Shown here in pieces: positions 19,758 through 29,600 of a stretch of DNA of 64,000 bases. Made by a program: the position numbers and the translations under genes. The stretch is from Thermoplasmata archaeon (GTDB lineage: Archaea > Thermoplasmatota > Poseidoniia > Poseidoniales > Thalassarchaeaceae): NCBI GenBank assembly GCA_002727675.1, contig PBXQ01000073.1:31272-95271 (forward strand), written 5' to 3'. Numbering within the stretch: position 1 is the stretch's first letter; every line of letters begins with the position of its first letter. Under the pieces are notes generated by a model. The model was not told the DNA's origin. It ran no database searches and was given only the letters and a program-made list of their open reading frames with translations.

Positions 19758-19869
19758 CTCATGTTCTTATGGGTTCGCTGTGGTAAACATCGCCGAAGGC
19801 GATACTTCTAGTAAATTGAAAGTCAGCGATGATATAGTAATAATATGTGATTTAGATACTAATTAGATA

Positions 19870-20691
19870 TTATATTATTAATTCTGGCTCTGATTGCCCT
19901 AAGTAATGGGAGAATTCTGGCCCCTCTTTTTTACTTATTGAAATATCTCCACCAAACAAATCATCTATCTCCATTAAAACCTCACTTTCAGCGATGTGTG
20001 GTGCATTATTTTGTTCGGAAAGATGGCTTAATACAATGCTGCGTGTGTGTTTTCCAACTACATTAGATAACAACTCTGCTGTTTGTTTATTTGACAAATG
20101 TCCTCCTCTACCTGCAATACGTTGTTTCAAGGTTTCAGGGTATGGTCCATTCCACAATTTATTGCTATCATAATTTGCTTCAATTGATATATGGACACAT
20201 TCTGACATGTGGCGAATTAATTCATCATTCCATGAACCTAAATCGGTCACTATAGCGGCCCTTTCACCCGCATGGCTAGCTATGAATCCGACATTGTCTG
20301 CACCATCATGATTTACCGAGATTGGTAGTATGCTCAAATCAGAACCAAATTCTATTCTATTTAGTGTTTCAAAAATACGGCATTGGTTTACGGGGTCTAA
20401 CCCCATTCTAGCACATGTTTCGAAGTTTGCTTGGATTTCAGTACCCCATTTTTTGTGGATAATAGGCGCCCCTTTAGCATGGTCTGTGTGGTGATGACTA
20501 ATAAGAATTGAATCAAGGTCATCAGGTGTCATTTCTAGCATGTTCAATCTCTTTTCTAATTGCCTTCCTGAGAAACCACAATCAATCAATACTTTGCTTT
20601 CTCCAGCGACTAAAAGTGTGGCGTTGCCACTACTGCCTGAGCCTAAATGAGTAATTGATAGTGTCATCCGAGCGTCCCGCATCATCGGCAC
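19870..20691 (-). CDS. Metallo-beta-lactamase-fold hydrolase (PhnP/RNase Z-like superfamily).
   Basis: LGSGSSGNATLL glycine-rich N-terminal motif and ISHHHTDH (HxHxDH) zinc-binding motif. It lies upstream of and co-oriented with the pilin-like operon. Confidence 0.75.
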   Translation of the reverse strand: MPMMRDARMTLSITHLGSGSSGNATLLVAGESKVLIDCGFSGRQLEKRLNMLEMTPDDLDSILISHHHTDHAKGAPIIHKKWGTEIQANFETCARMGLDPVNQCRIFETLNRIEFGSDLSILPISVNHDGADNVGFIASHAGERAAIVTDLGSWNDELIRHMSECVHISIEANYDSNKLWNGPYPETLKQRIAGRGGHLSNKQTAELLSNVVGKHTRSIVLSHLSEQNNAPHIAESEVLMEIDDLFGGDISISKKEGPEFSHYLGQSEPELII

Positions 20692-20847
20692 TCCTTCAAT
20701 ACACCCCCTTATTCTGCAGTTGTTATTGCTGTTTCAATACCATTTTGTATAGGCCGATTAGTATGTTGACGTATGAACCATGCTCCATCAGCATCATAAG
20801 GCAACCCGTAGGGTTGTAACATAGCAGCCGATGCTGTGGGTGAGCCA

Positions 20848-23800
20848 ATGCGCAGAAAACAGACAGTTCTTTTCATTACTTTGCTATTGTTAGGAAGCCT
20901 TTCATTTGTCTCAATGACTAGGCCTTCATCTGAGGTAGATTCAGTTCATCCTGACGATACTACAGGAGAAGGTCCACCAATTACTGATACTGATAAAGAT
21001 ACAATCCCAGACCTTCATGAGCAGATGTATAGTACACCGCGAAATATTACTTTAGATGAAACAGTCTACACCATTAATGGATTAGATTTTGAAAATGCTT
21101 CTGATAATGAGTCTGATTTTGATAATGATGGTTTGAATTCATTGGAAGAATATTGCTGGCCCTATGATTTAGATCACTGTTTCACAGATCGTAAGACATT
21201 AACTGGGATTCCGCCTGAATTAACCGAATCAGGTATGAGGGAATTCTTGGACCCTAGGTTGGCAGATACTGATGGTGATGGCTTACCTGATGGTTATGAA
21301 ATTTGGATGTGCACAAGAGAAACAGGTCAATTAAATGAATCTTCAGCTTGGGAATGTGATGGTTTTGATCCATTAAATTCTAATGATGGGCTAAATGATT
21401 CAGACCGTTGCTGGGATGGGGAGTTAGGTTGTGGTGATGGATTTGATGTCGATCGTGATGGTATAATTGAGGAGCATGAATGGTACACCAATGCTGAAGA
21501 ATACAATTACGGAGCCCCAGATAATTGGACCACAGAAATCCACGGTCTGCGTTGTTTAGATTTGATGGATGCTTGTGCTGATGATGTGGTCAGGCCTACT
21601 GGTGCACCGGGATGGTTAGGTACAGATCCTCTAAGAAATGACAGTGATTTCTATTATTGGTCGGGAAGTCTTGAGTTGGCTAAGAGCAGCCGCGGTGATT
21701 GGATAATTGATGGTTGGGAGGTATTTTTTGGTCTTGATCCATTAAATGAAAGTGATAGTTTGATTGATAGCGATTCAGATGGCTGGGACTTGAACCGTGA
21801 TGGAATGATAATGCCAGATGGTTCTAGAGCTACTCTTTATCTTGGGGAGGAATATTCTAATTTAGAAGAATATTTTACTTTCTTAGACAATGGTAATTGG
21901 GTCAGGGCAGGTTTGAAAACCACTTTGCTTGACACACCGGATTCTGAAGTAATGATGTACGATCAGGGGACAAGCCCTAGGATAATGCATCATGACGTAC
22001 GTTCACTACAAGCAGATTATGATTTAGGTATTGTTTATGTTGGTACTAAGCGAGGAGTGAATATTTTCGAACCTAGTACTGGAGGTAGTTGGGATTTAGC
22101 TTTACCACCTGGTGGTGAATTGAATGACATGATTCTATGGGAAGACCAAGGTGGTGAAAAGAGATTAATTATTGCCACAGTGGATGGTATTGAAATTTGG
22201 CCTCTATCGGGAGATGGATTCCTAAACCAAAATAGTGCTATATCGGGTATTGAGATGGCAGAGGTTACAGGCTTGCATCAATTAGCTACAGGCTCTTCAA
22301 ATCTTGATTTACTACTGGCAGGTGTTAATTCACAAGCATGGACTGTAACAATAGATGGCTCTGGGGTAACCTCAAATTTCCGTGTTGCTGATACTATGGT
22401 AGCAGCACTTGAGATGGAAAATGCAACCATCCAAGATGTCGTTCACACTTCAGTAAATGGCGGGCCCAATAAAATCTATGTTGGGACAAATAATGGTTTG
22501 TTTACTGCTTTGACGGATGATGCTACCGGCGAGTATCCTATTGTTTGGATTTTCAATCAAACAGATGCTGAACTTTATGTCCGTCAAGCAAATCCTCAGA
22601 ATCTATCCCATTCTGCAAACGTTCGTACTATTGTTTTGGATGGACCTCGTCAGCCCGATGGTTCATTATCTAGTGCTCAGACTCTTTGGATTGGGACGGG
22701 CGGTGGCGTTCATCAATTTTCGTTATTAGATGAAGACGATCCAGCAATTGCGTTCTCTCGTGATAGGATGCAAAATTTAGATTATGATTTGGAAGGTGCT
22801 AATGACGTACATTCCATTCTCCCACTTGGTGATGAAGTAATTATTGGTTCTAGGCATGGGACTTGGGTGCTTCATGGCGATCATGCGCGTGCCCTTGGTG
22901 TTAATGAACAACAAACAAGGATTCCTGGTTTTGTTACCGAATTATTAGTTATGGATGTAAATGGCAATGATACAATCATTGCAGGATTAAACCCCGGTCA
23001 GTTTTCCAATCGTATGTTAATCAATCCATTTAGCAATGATTCTGATATGGATGGTATGCCTGATGGTTGGGAAAATGCTCATGGTCTTGACCCAACAGAT
23101 CCATTTGATAGAGATGAAGACCTGGATGTTGATGGAATAAACCTTAATCCAGCTGTCGATAATTTAATAGATCACAATTGGACAAATTTAGATGAGTATA
23201 GGTACATAGCTAGTACTCCTGAAGGTTGGAATGGTACTGATCCAAGATTATCTGATACTGATGGAGATGGGTTATTAGATGGCTCTGAATATTGGGGTTG
23301 GTTCTATGAAGAGACTAATTTCACTTGCCACTATGAGATTGGAGAGTATGTATGCGATGAATTGGAAGGTCAGCAAGCAGCCCAAGTGTATGCGGTGGGT
23401 TATCCTGGTACACAGGCTAGCGGCGGTACAGATCGTACCACTGATCCCACTAATCCTGATTCTGATGGTGATGGAATGCCCGATGGGTGGGAAATTGCTA
23501 ATCGTAGATGGATTGGTACTGAATTTCACGGAGGTAATGAGTGGTCTTTGAATCCGATGGACCCGACAGATGCGTCTAAGGATGCAGATGGTGATGGTTT
23601 GAATAATCTATGCGAGTATCAATGGGAAATGTTGTTGCAAAGCGCTCTACAAAATGGATTACCTGCTTATGGGGAAAGTGCAGAGGCTGTTGCATCTTGG
23701 ACAAAAATAGATCCTAATAATCCTGATTCCGATGGTGATTCTTTACCCGATGGTTGGGAATCAAGATATTCTTGTTCTTGGCTAGTTTCAAATGTTGGAA

Positions 23801-26580
23801 TTAACCCATTAAACGGTAGTGACGCCCTTTCTAACCCTGATGGTGATGGCTACGACGTGAATCATGATGGTAATATTACTGCTGACGAGGAGTTTAATAA
23901 TTGGATGGAATACCACATAATGAATGACCAAATTTTTGGTGACTATACTGAATTAGGTATTCAAATGCCTCATAATTTCACGACATCATTGTGGAATGAT
24001 TCTTGGATATCAAGCGCTTCAAGGCCCTTTGGTGAATTTGTCAGTATGAATACCCTTTCATTTGTTCCAGGTTTAATCTTGACAGATCAAGGTTCCTCAG
24101 ATCCTCTATCACCTGATAGTGATGGTGATGGCATGCCTGATGGTTGGGAGGTTTGGTTTGCTCGCTGGGATACCTTTGATTCCAAGTGGACACTCAATCC
24201 GGTTAATGAAAGTGATATTTTTGATGATAATGATGGTGATGGAATGACAAATTGGGAAGAATATAATTCCATAGATGCAATCCTAACTGAAACAGATGAG
24301 AACCAGACTGCTCCTCAATATCATCCTTTCAAACTTGGTAATACAATTATTTTGACACCATGGAGCCAAGCTATTGGGACTCAATCATTTGGTGCTTATA
24401 TCACACCAGATCAGTATTTGTTATCAGGTCCGACTTGTGATCCAAATAATCCTGATAGTGATGGTGACGGTTTATTGGATGGGATTGAATTACTGTTTAC
24501 TCAGTGGAATTCGACATTCCAAAACTGGACTCTGAATCCGTTAGTTGTCGGTGATGGTGGTGGTGATGGAGACCAAGATGCATTAACTGATTTCCAAGAA
24601 TTGAATTTAACTCAGGAAAACCCCCTTAATGGTGGTTTAGCACCCCCCGATGCACCTAAAATGTGGGAGGAAGCATACGCTCTAGAGCCGCAGAATTTTA
24701 CAGGCAGGGTTGAAACAATTCTTAATAGTAAGTTAGGTAGGGCTTATTTGGCACTACAACAGCATATAGAATGGGTAAATACTGGCTCAGCCGGACCATT
24801 ATTGTCTACATTAATTGGAATTACTGATCCAACCAATAATGATACAGATGATGATGGGATGATTGATGGTTATGAGTATTGGTTTACTGAATGGGATTTG
24901 GATGGTAACCGCTGGTCAATGAACCCTCTTACTCAATCAGATATTGATGCAGATTCAGATGATGACTCATACGATTGTGATGGTGATGGAATAATCCAGA
25001 TGTCTGAAAGATATACTAATTTGAGGGAGTATGAGGCACGTTTGTATGGTAAAGAATCTATGAGGTACTCTTTCCCTCCAGGTATGGGTTTGATTGATTA
25101 TGGTGATGATGCCATTACAGCTCAACAAAATGAAAATGGTTTGACTTGGTTGCAGGCTAGGCAAGTAATTGTCAATATTTTCGCTTCTAAAGATGTGACT
25201 AGTGCAGAACGACTAAACAGAATAAACACAGCATGGTCTGATAATTTCAATATCAGTTTATTTGGAATTTCAGATCCAACACATCCAGATAGTGATTTAG
25301 ATGGTATCCCTGATGGTTGGGAGTTTTGTTATGGCACTTATGATATTGTAATGCCAGTTGATGAATATCGTTGGACTTCAAATCCTGTAAACCCTCTTGA
25401 TGCTCATTATGATCCTGATGAAGATGGTTGGTTTGACCGTACTAGTGGTGATATGCCAGCGGTTCAAGGAAAATGGGAAAGTCATTCATTTTCACCAGGT
25501 AGTATTGATGATCAATATGCACCAGGTAATACCCCCTTATTTTTCACAAACTGGATGGAGTATGATAATGGTACACGCCCTGATTTGAATGATACCGATG
25601 GGGACGCAGTAAATATGATTCGTATTCCAGATTCATCAGATCCTAGCTTAACAGTTGATTATTATCGTAGTTGGGCTCTAACTGATGGGCGTGAAGTTCT
25701 GAAATATGGTAGTGATGCAATGCATAATGATACTGATTGGGATATGTTGCCTGATTGGTATGAATTTGAATTGGGTTGGAATGAAACAAATGACAATTGG
25801 TCCTCATATCAACAAGTTGAAGTTGTTTGGGAGCAATATTCTGTTCTTGGAAGTATTGCAATGAGGCCATTGCATAGTAATGGTGGTCTACTTGAGAGGC
25901 CTATTCTCAATTGGACTTGGGTTACATTTGATCCTACTGACCCAACAGATTCCCTTGAAGACCCAGATAAAGATGGAAATTGGGATTGTACTAATGTTGG
26001 GTGTACATATACTCCATACAATAATTTCCAAGAATTTTTCGCATTGACGAATCAATCCATTACATCTGCAACTTTAGCACGAGCAAGCCCCATTACTATT
26101 GCAGGAACAAATCCACCCATCCAGATTGTACCAGTAGAATGGTGGGAACTCAGTGATGCTTTGTTGGCTAATGGTAGGGCTAACGAATATGATTGGAATT
26201 ATTTGAGGATGTATAGAATTAACCAAATTTCAGATCAATTATATGCATTAATAATTGACGATAATGATGTTGATTATTTATCAATTAATAGTAGTGATGA
26301 TGTAATATTAACAAAGGGTGATTGGACAGCTGATTGGGATAGAGTGTTTGGGGATCAGTATCATATACCAAATACAGGCATTGGTGAGATGGTTTACGGT
26401 TGGTGGTTATTGGATTACAATGGTGACATGATTGCTGATGGTACGAATCCTCTAAACTGGGATACTGATGGTGATTGGTTGAATGATTGGTTTGAAATTG
26501 AAAATGATATGTTAGATGGCATTCGTGGTAATGGCCCATCACCAATTCGTTATGATGATCGGACCACTAGTTCGTCGTAA
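20848..26580 (+). CDS. Giant (about 1910 aa) secreted Ca-binding protein with at least 12 thrombospondin type-3-like repeats and a beta-propeller (Reg_prop/YVTN-like) region. No C-terminal TM. The ORF-track start is GTG at 20836; the ATG is at 20848.
   Basis: Signal or anchor MRRKQTVLFITLLLLGSLSFVSM. Repeated DxDxDGxxDxxE motifs: DTDGDGLPDGYE, NPDSDGDGMPDGWE, SDTDGDGLLDGSE, DADGDGLNNLCEY, NPDSDGDGLLDGIE, NNDTDDDGMIDGYE, DSDLDGIPDGWE. Propeller-like blades: IVYVGTKRGVNIF, KIYVGTNNGLFTAL, LWIGTGGGVHQF. Confidence 0.75.
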   Translation: MRRKQTVLFITLLLLGSLSFVSMTRPSSEVDSVHPDDTTGEGPPITDTDKDTIPDLHEQMYSTPRNITLDETVYTINGLDFENASDNESDFDNDGLNSLEEYCWPYDLDHCFTDRKTLTGIPPELTESGMREFLDPRLADTDGDGLPDGYEIWMCTRETGQLNESSAWECDGFDPLNSNDGLNDSDRCWDGELGCGDGFDVDRDGIIEEHEWYTNAEEYNYGAPDNWTTEIHGLRCLDLMDACADDVVRPTGAPGWLGTDPLRNDSDFYYWSGSLELAKSSRGDWIIDGWEVFFGLDPLNESDSLIDSDSDGWDLNRDGMIMPDGSRATLYLGEEYSNLEEYFTFLDNGNWVRAGLKTTLLDTPDSEVMMYDQGTSPRIMHHDVRSLQADYDLGIVYVGTKRGVNIFEPSTGGSWDLALPPGGELNDMILWEDQGGEKRLIIATVDGIEIWPLSGDGFLNQNSAISGIEMAEVTGLHQLATGSSNLDLLLAGVNSQAWTVTIDGSGVTSNFRVADTMVAALEMENATIQDVVHTSVNGGPNKIYVGTNNGLFTALTDDATGEYPIVWIFNQTDAELYVRQANPQNLSHSANVRTIVLDGPRQPDGSLSSAQTLWIGTGGGVHQFSLLDEDDPAIAFSRDRMQNLDYDLEGANDVHSILPLGDEVIIGSRHGTWVLHGDHARALGVNEQQTRIPGFVTELLVMDVNGNDTIIAGLNPGQFSNRMLINPFSNDSDMDGMPDGWENAHGLDPTDPFDRDEDLDVDGINLNPAVDNLIDHNWTNLDEYRYIASTPEGWNGTDPRLSDTDGDGLLDGSEYWGWFYEETNFTCHYEIGEYVCDELEGQQAAQVYAVGYPGTQASGGTDRTTDPTNPDSDGDGMPDGWEIANRRWIGTEFHGGNEWSLNPMDPTDASKDADGDGLNNLCEYQWEMLLQSALQNGLPAYGESAEAVASWTKIDPNNPDSDGDSLPDGWESRYSCSWLVSNVGINPLNGSDALSNPDGDGYDVNHDGNITADEEFNNWMEYHIMNDQIFGDYTELGIQMPHNFTTSLWNDSWISSASRPFGEFVSMNTLSFVPGLILTDQGSSDPLSPDSDGDGMPDGWEVWFARWDTFDSKWTLNPVNESDIFDDNDGDGMTNWEEYNSIDAILTETDENQTAPQYHPFKLGNTIILTPWSQAIGTQSFGAYITPDQYLLSGPTCDPNNPDSDGDGLLDGIELLFTQWNSTFQNWTLNPLVVGDGGGDGDQDALTDFQELNLTQENPLNGGLAPPDAPKMWEEAYALEPQNFTGRVETILNSKLGRAYLALQQHIEWVNTGSAGPLLSTLIGITDPTNNDTDDDGMIDGYEYWFTEWDLDGNRWSMNPLTQSDIDADSDDDSYDCDGDGIIQMSERYTNLREYEARLYGKESMRYSFPPGMGLIDYGDDAITAQQNENGLTWLQARQVIVNIFASKDVTSAERLNRINTAWSDNFNISLFGISDPTHPDSDLDGIPDGWEFCYGTYDIVMPVDEYRWTSNPVNPLDAHYDPDEDGWFDRTSGDMPAVQGKWESHSFSPGSIDDQYAPGNTPLFFTNWMEYDNGTRPDLNDTDGDAVNMIRIPDSSDPSLTVDYYRSWALTDGREVLKYGSDAMHNDTDWDMLPDWYEFELGWNETNDNWSSYQQVEVVWEQYSVLGSIAMRPLHSNGGLLERPILNWTWVTFDPTDPTDSLEDPDKDGNWDCTNVGCTYTPYNNFQEFFALTNQSITSATLARASPITIAGTNPPIQIVPVEWWELSDALLANGRANEYDWNYLRMYRINQISDQLYALIIDDNDVDYLSINSSDDVILTKGDWTADWDRVFGDQYHIPNTGIGEMVYGWWLLDYNGDMIADGTNPLNWDTDGDWLNDWFEIENDMLDGIRGNGPSPIRYDDRTTSSS

Positions 26581-26590
26581 TGATGTTCCA

Positions 26591-26626
26591 CTATTTTTGG
26601 CTCCGGAGTTCTGGCCGTAGGCCAGA
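26591..26626 (+). terminator. Putative transcription terminator downstream of the giant TSP3-repeat gene: an oligo-T tract followed by two short palindromes.
   Basis: ctatttttgg, then ctccggag (self-complementary), then tctggccgtaggccaga (7-bp stem, 3-nt loop). All are read directly from the sequence. Archaeal terminators are typically oligo-T tracts. Confidence 0.35.
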
Positions 26627-26684
26627 TAATCTAAATTGGGGAGAGTTGAAAGGTTAGATGCCTTCGTGAAAGGGTGGGGAGCGC

Positions 26685-29600
26685 ATGCTAGGCGAATACA
26701 AAAGAAGCAAAATATCTTCATTTATTATTTTGTTAATGCTAATTAGCATATTGTCGCCATTAATACAATTTTCTTCATTTGATGTAGCCGCATCATCTGG
26801 TTCCAGGCATGTTTACACATTTTCTGATGGGTCCACAGAATCAATTTCCCTCTACCAAAGTGGGCAACCTGCTACAAATATCAAGGTGGCATTGCCCAAG
26901 GGTGCTGAAGTTACAGACGTAGAAATGACCCTCTCAGGTGCATCATCAACAGGTTGGAATACTATACGACATAGTTCACAATCTGATTGGATGTCTGGAG
27001 TTAGTATTGATACAGATGCTCGTTCAGATTCCGTATCATTAGCTATTGATTCTCCCGAATTTGATTTTTCTACTCATGGTATGGATAGTGGGACAAATTA
27101 TGGCAATTCTTGGCTTGATAATGGTTCATTTAGTATCCGTCAGCCAAGAACATCAAATGCTACTGAAAATAGATTTACTCCTCAAACTACTGTTTCCTCT
27201 CCCTTTGCAACTTATGGTGCAGGAGCGGCTATGAATTACCGAGGTTGGACATACGTCTCTACTTTCTCAACAACGAATCTTAACCAATTAGTTCAAAAAA
27301 CCTACCCCAACAACCTTTCTACTGCTTCCAATGTTCAATTCATAGAAGGTAATTGTAACATTCCTAGCCCCACTGCTCCGTCCTATTATTCATATTATGG
27401 ATTTAGAGATTGGACTATCGGTGATGATGAAAAGTTGTATGGTATTTTAGGCCTAAATAGACAGTACACCACTTCAAATGATTTGATTTTAGTTGTGATG
27501 GATATACGTTATGAAGATGTTTGGACTTGTTTGAATACTTACGATTTGTCTTCAAATTCTTATGGTCCATATACCGGTATTTCTTATGATCGTAGTCGTG
27601 ATGCTATTTGGGTTCTTCATTCAGTTAGAAATGCAGTAACTGGGTATATTTTCAATAGTGATGGTACTTTCGAAAGAGATAGTAATTTGTATTTTGACTA
27701 CTTTTCATCGTATAATGAACAAAATGGTCTAGTTGTTCAAGATAATTTATTTTATTTTAGAAGTAAGTATTCTTGGGCTCAAGATAGATTAGAGGCATAC
27801 GCAATTAGTGGTAGTTCTACGACACTAGTAAAACAAGCAGGTGAGCGTTCAATCAGTGCCAATGGTTTCGGACTTTATTACAATGGTGAAAGGTTATCTC
27901 TCATTGACCACTATCAATGGTCTGCTAGATATTATCGTGAATATGGGACTGGGTGGGCTTATCCTATTTCACCTCAACCTGGGACGTCATCTTGGATTTC
28001 AGAACCAATAAACACTAATTCTGATGTACGAGTAGTCAATGTTGAAACATCTTGGTCAATTACATCAGCAGGAGATAGAGTTGATTATTGGGTTAGTGCT
28101 GATAATGGTACACATTGGGTTCAGGTGACAAATAATCAAACAGTTCATTTTGATTACCCCGGTAATCAGTTAAGATGGAAAACTCAACTTGTAGGTGGTT
28201 CATCAGTTTCTTGGTGGGTTTCATTAGAGTATGGTTTCAATTATCATACATCAGGAACATGGACCTCTTTACCAATTCCAACAGGAACTCAAGTAGGTAA
28301 TCTAAGGTCACAATGGGTTGCTGATACCCCCTCAAGCACTTCAATTTCAGTTGAGGTTAGCAATGACAATGGGACAAACTGGCATAGTTCGTCAAATAAT
28401 CAGTTAATTGAATTACAGAATCAAGGTTCAGAACTAAAGTACCGTGTTACTCATACAACGAATGACTCAACTCAATCTCCAATGCTTGAGTCATTTGATT
28501 TGGAATATGAAGAAGGATACCCTTCTGCTGTAAGATTAGATATTGGTGACGATAATGTGAATGAATACATAGGTACTGGAATACTAAATCAACCAATTGT
28601 AATTGATGGGCCAGAGTTAGTTTCTGCTTTTAATGACCATATTGACGATAATGGGGTTGGAATTTCAAACATAACTTTAGCACTTTCAGCCGGGTCACCT
28701 GGTCGGATAAAGGTCTCTAACCTTGATATCACATACAAAATGAAAACTCGTGCATTGGATGTTCAAGTAGAAGGTGGAATTTTAGTTCCTGATGGTGACA
28801 ACCGTGTTGCAATGATACGTGTAGCAAAAGGGGATGAAGCTGATAGATTAACCCAAGTAAATGTTGAATTAATTTCAAATGTAAATAACAACTCTATTTT
28901 ACAATGGCAAAGCGGAGATTCATGTAGTGTTTTAAGTAACTCTGATAATTTAGTTAAATTTGATGCTGCAAATTGCACCTCTTCTACAGATGGCAATGGA
29001 ATAATGTCAATTTTAATGCCTATTCAATCTAATTGGGAATGGGATGATGAAAGTAATATTGAAGCATTGATTTACATCGATGATGATTTGGGTAGACAAG
29101 TAAATGGTTGGCAAACAGATGATTTAGATTTAAGGACTGAAAATGACATCGTTCTAGTTAATTTGGGTGTTGCCGATGAAACTGGCAGAGTTCTTTCTTC
29201 AAATGATTGGGTAAGGGGTGGCTTAGAGATTACCTTCCAAGGTGAGTTAATGTTTGAAGGAACTACTTATACTCCTCAAGCAGGACAATTTGACATAGAA
29301 TTAACAGGTCAAAATTTATCTTTAGTGGGGGATCCAGAGGAGTCTGAAAAACAGTACCACATAGAACCAAACCCTAGTCATGGGCAGTTCTCTTTAACAA
29401 TCACTTCCCCGATAGAATCTTCACCGGGCGGTATGCTTTTTAGAGTAAAAGCAACTAATTTAAAGAATGGGTCCACTTATATCAACCCTGAATATAATTC
29501 GGTCAAATTAATTCTAGATGGAAATAGTCCGTTGGTTATTGGGGCTACCCCTGCTGATGGTTCAGAACAACACAAAGGAAATCCTGATCAGCCAGTTCAA

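Noticed and set aside
19758-19869. Possible tRNA or small RNA in the 112-nt gap between the MBL gene and the pilin-like operon
   Set aside because: No cloverleaf-compatible GC-rich arms. The region is AT-rich and better explained as a promoter for the GTG-initiated 344 aa gene.
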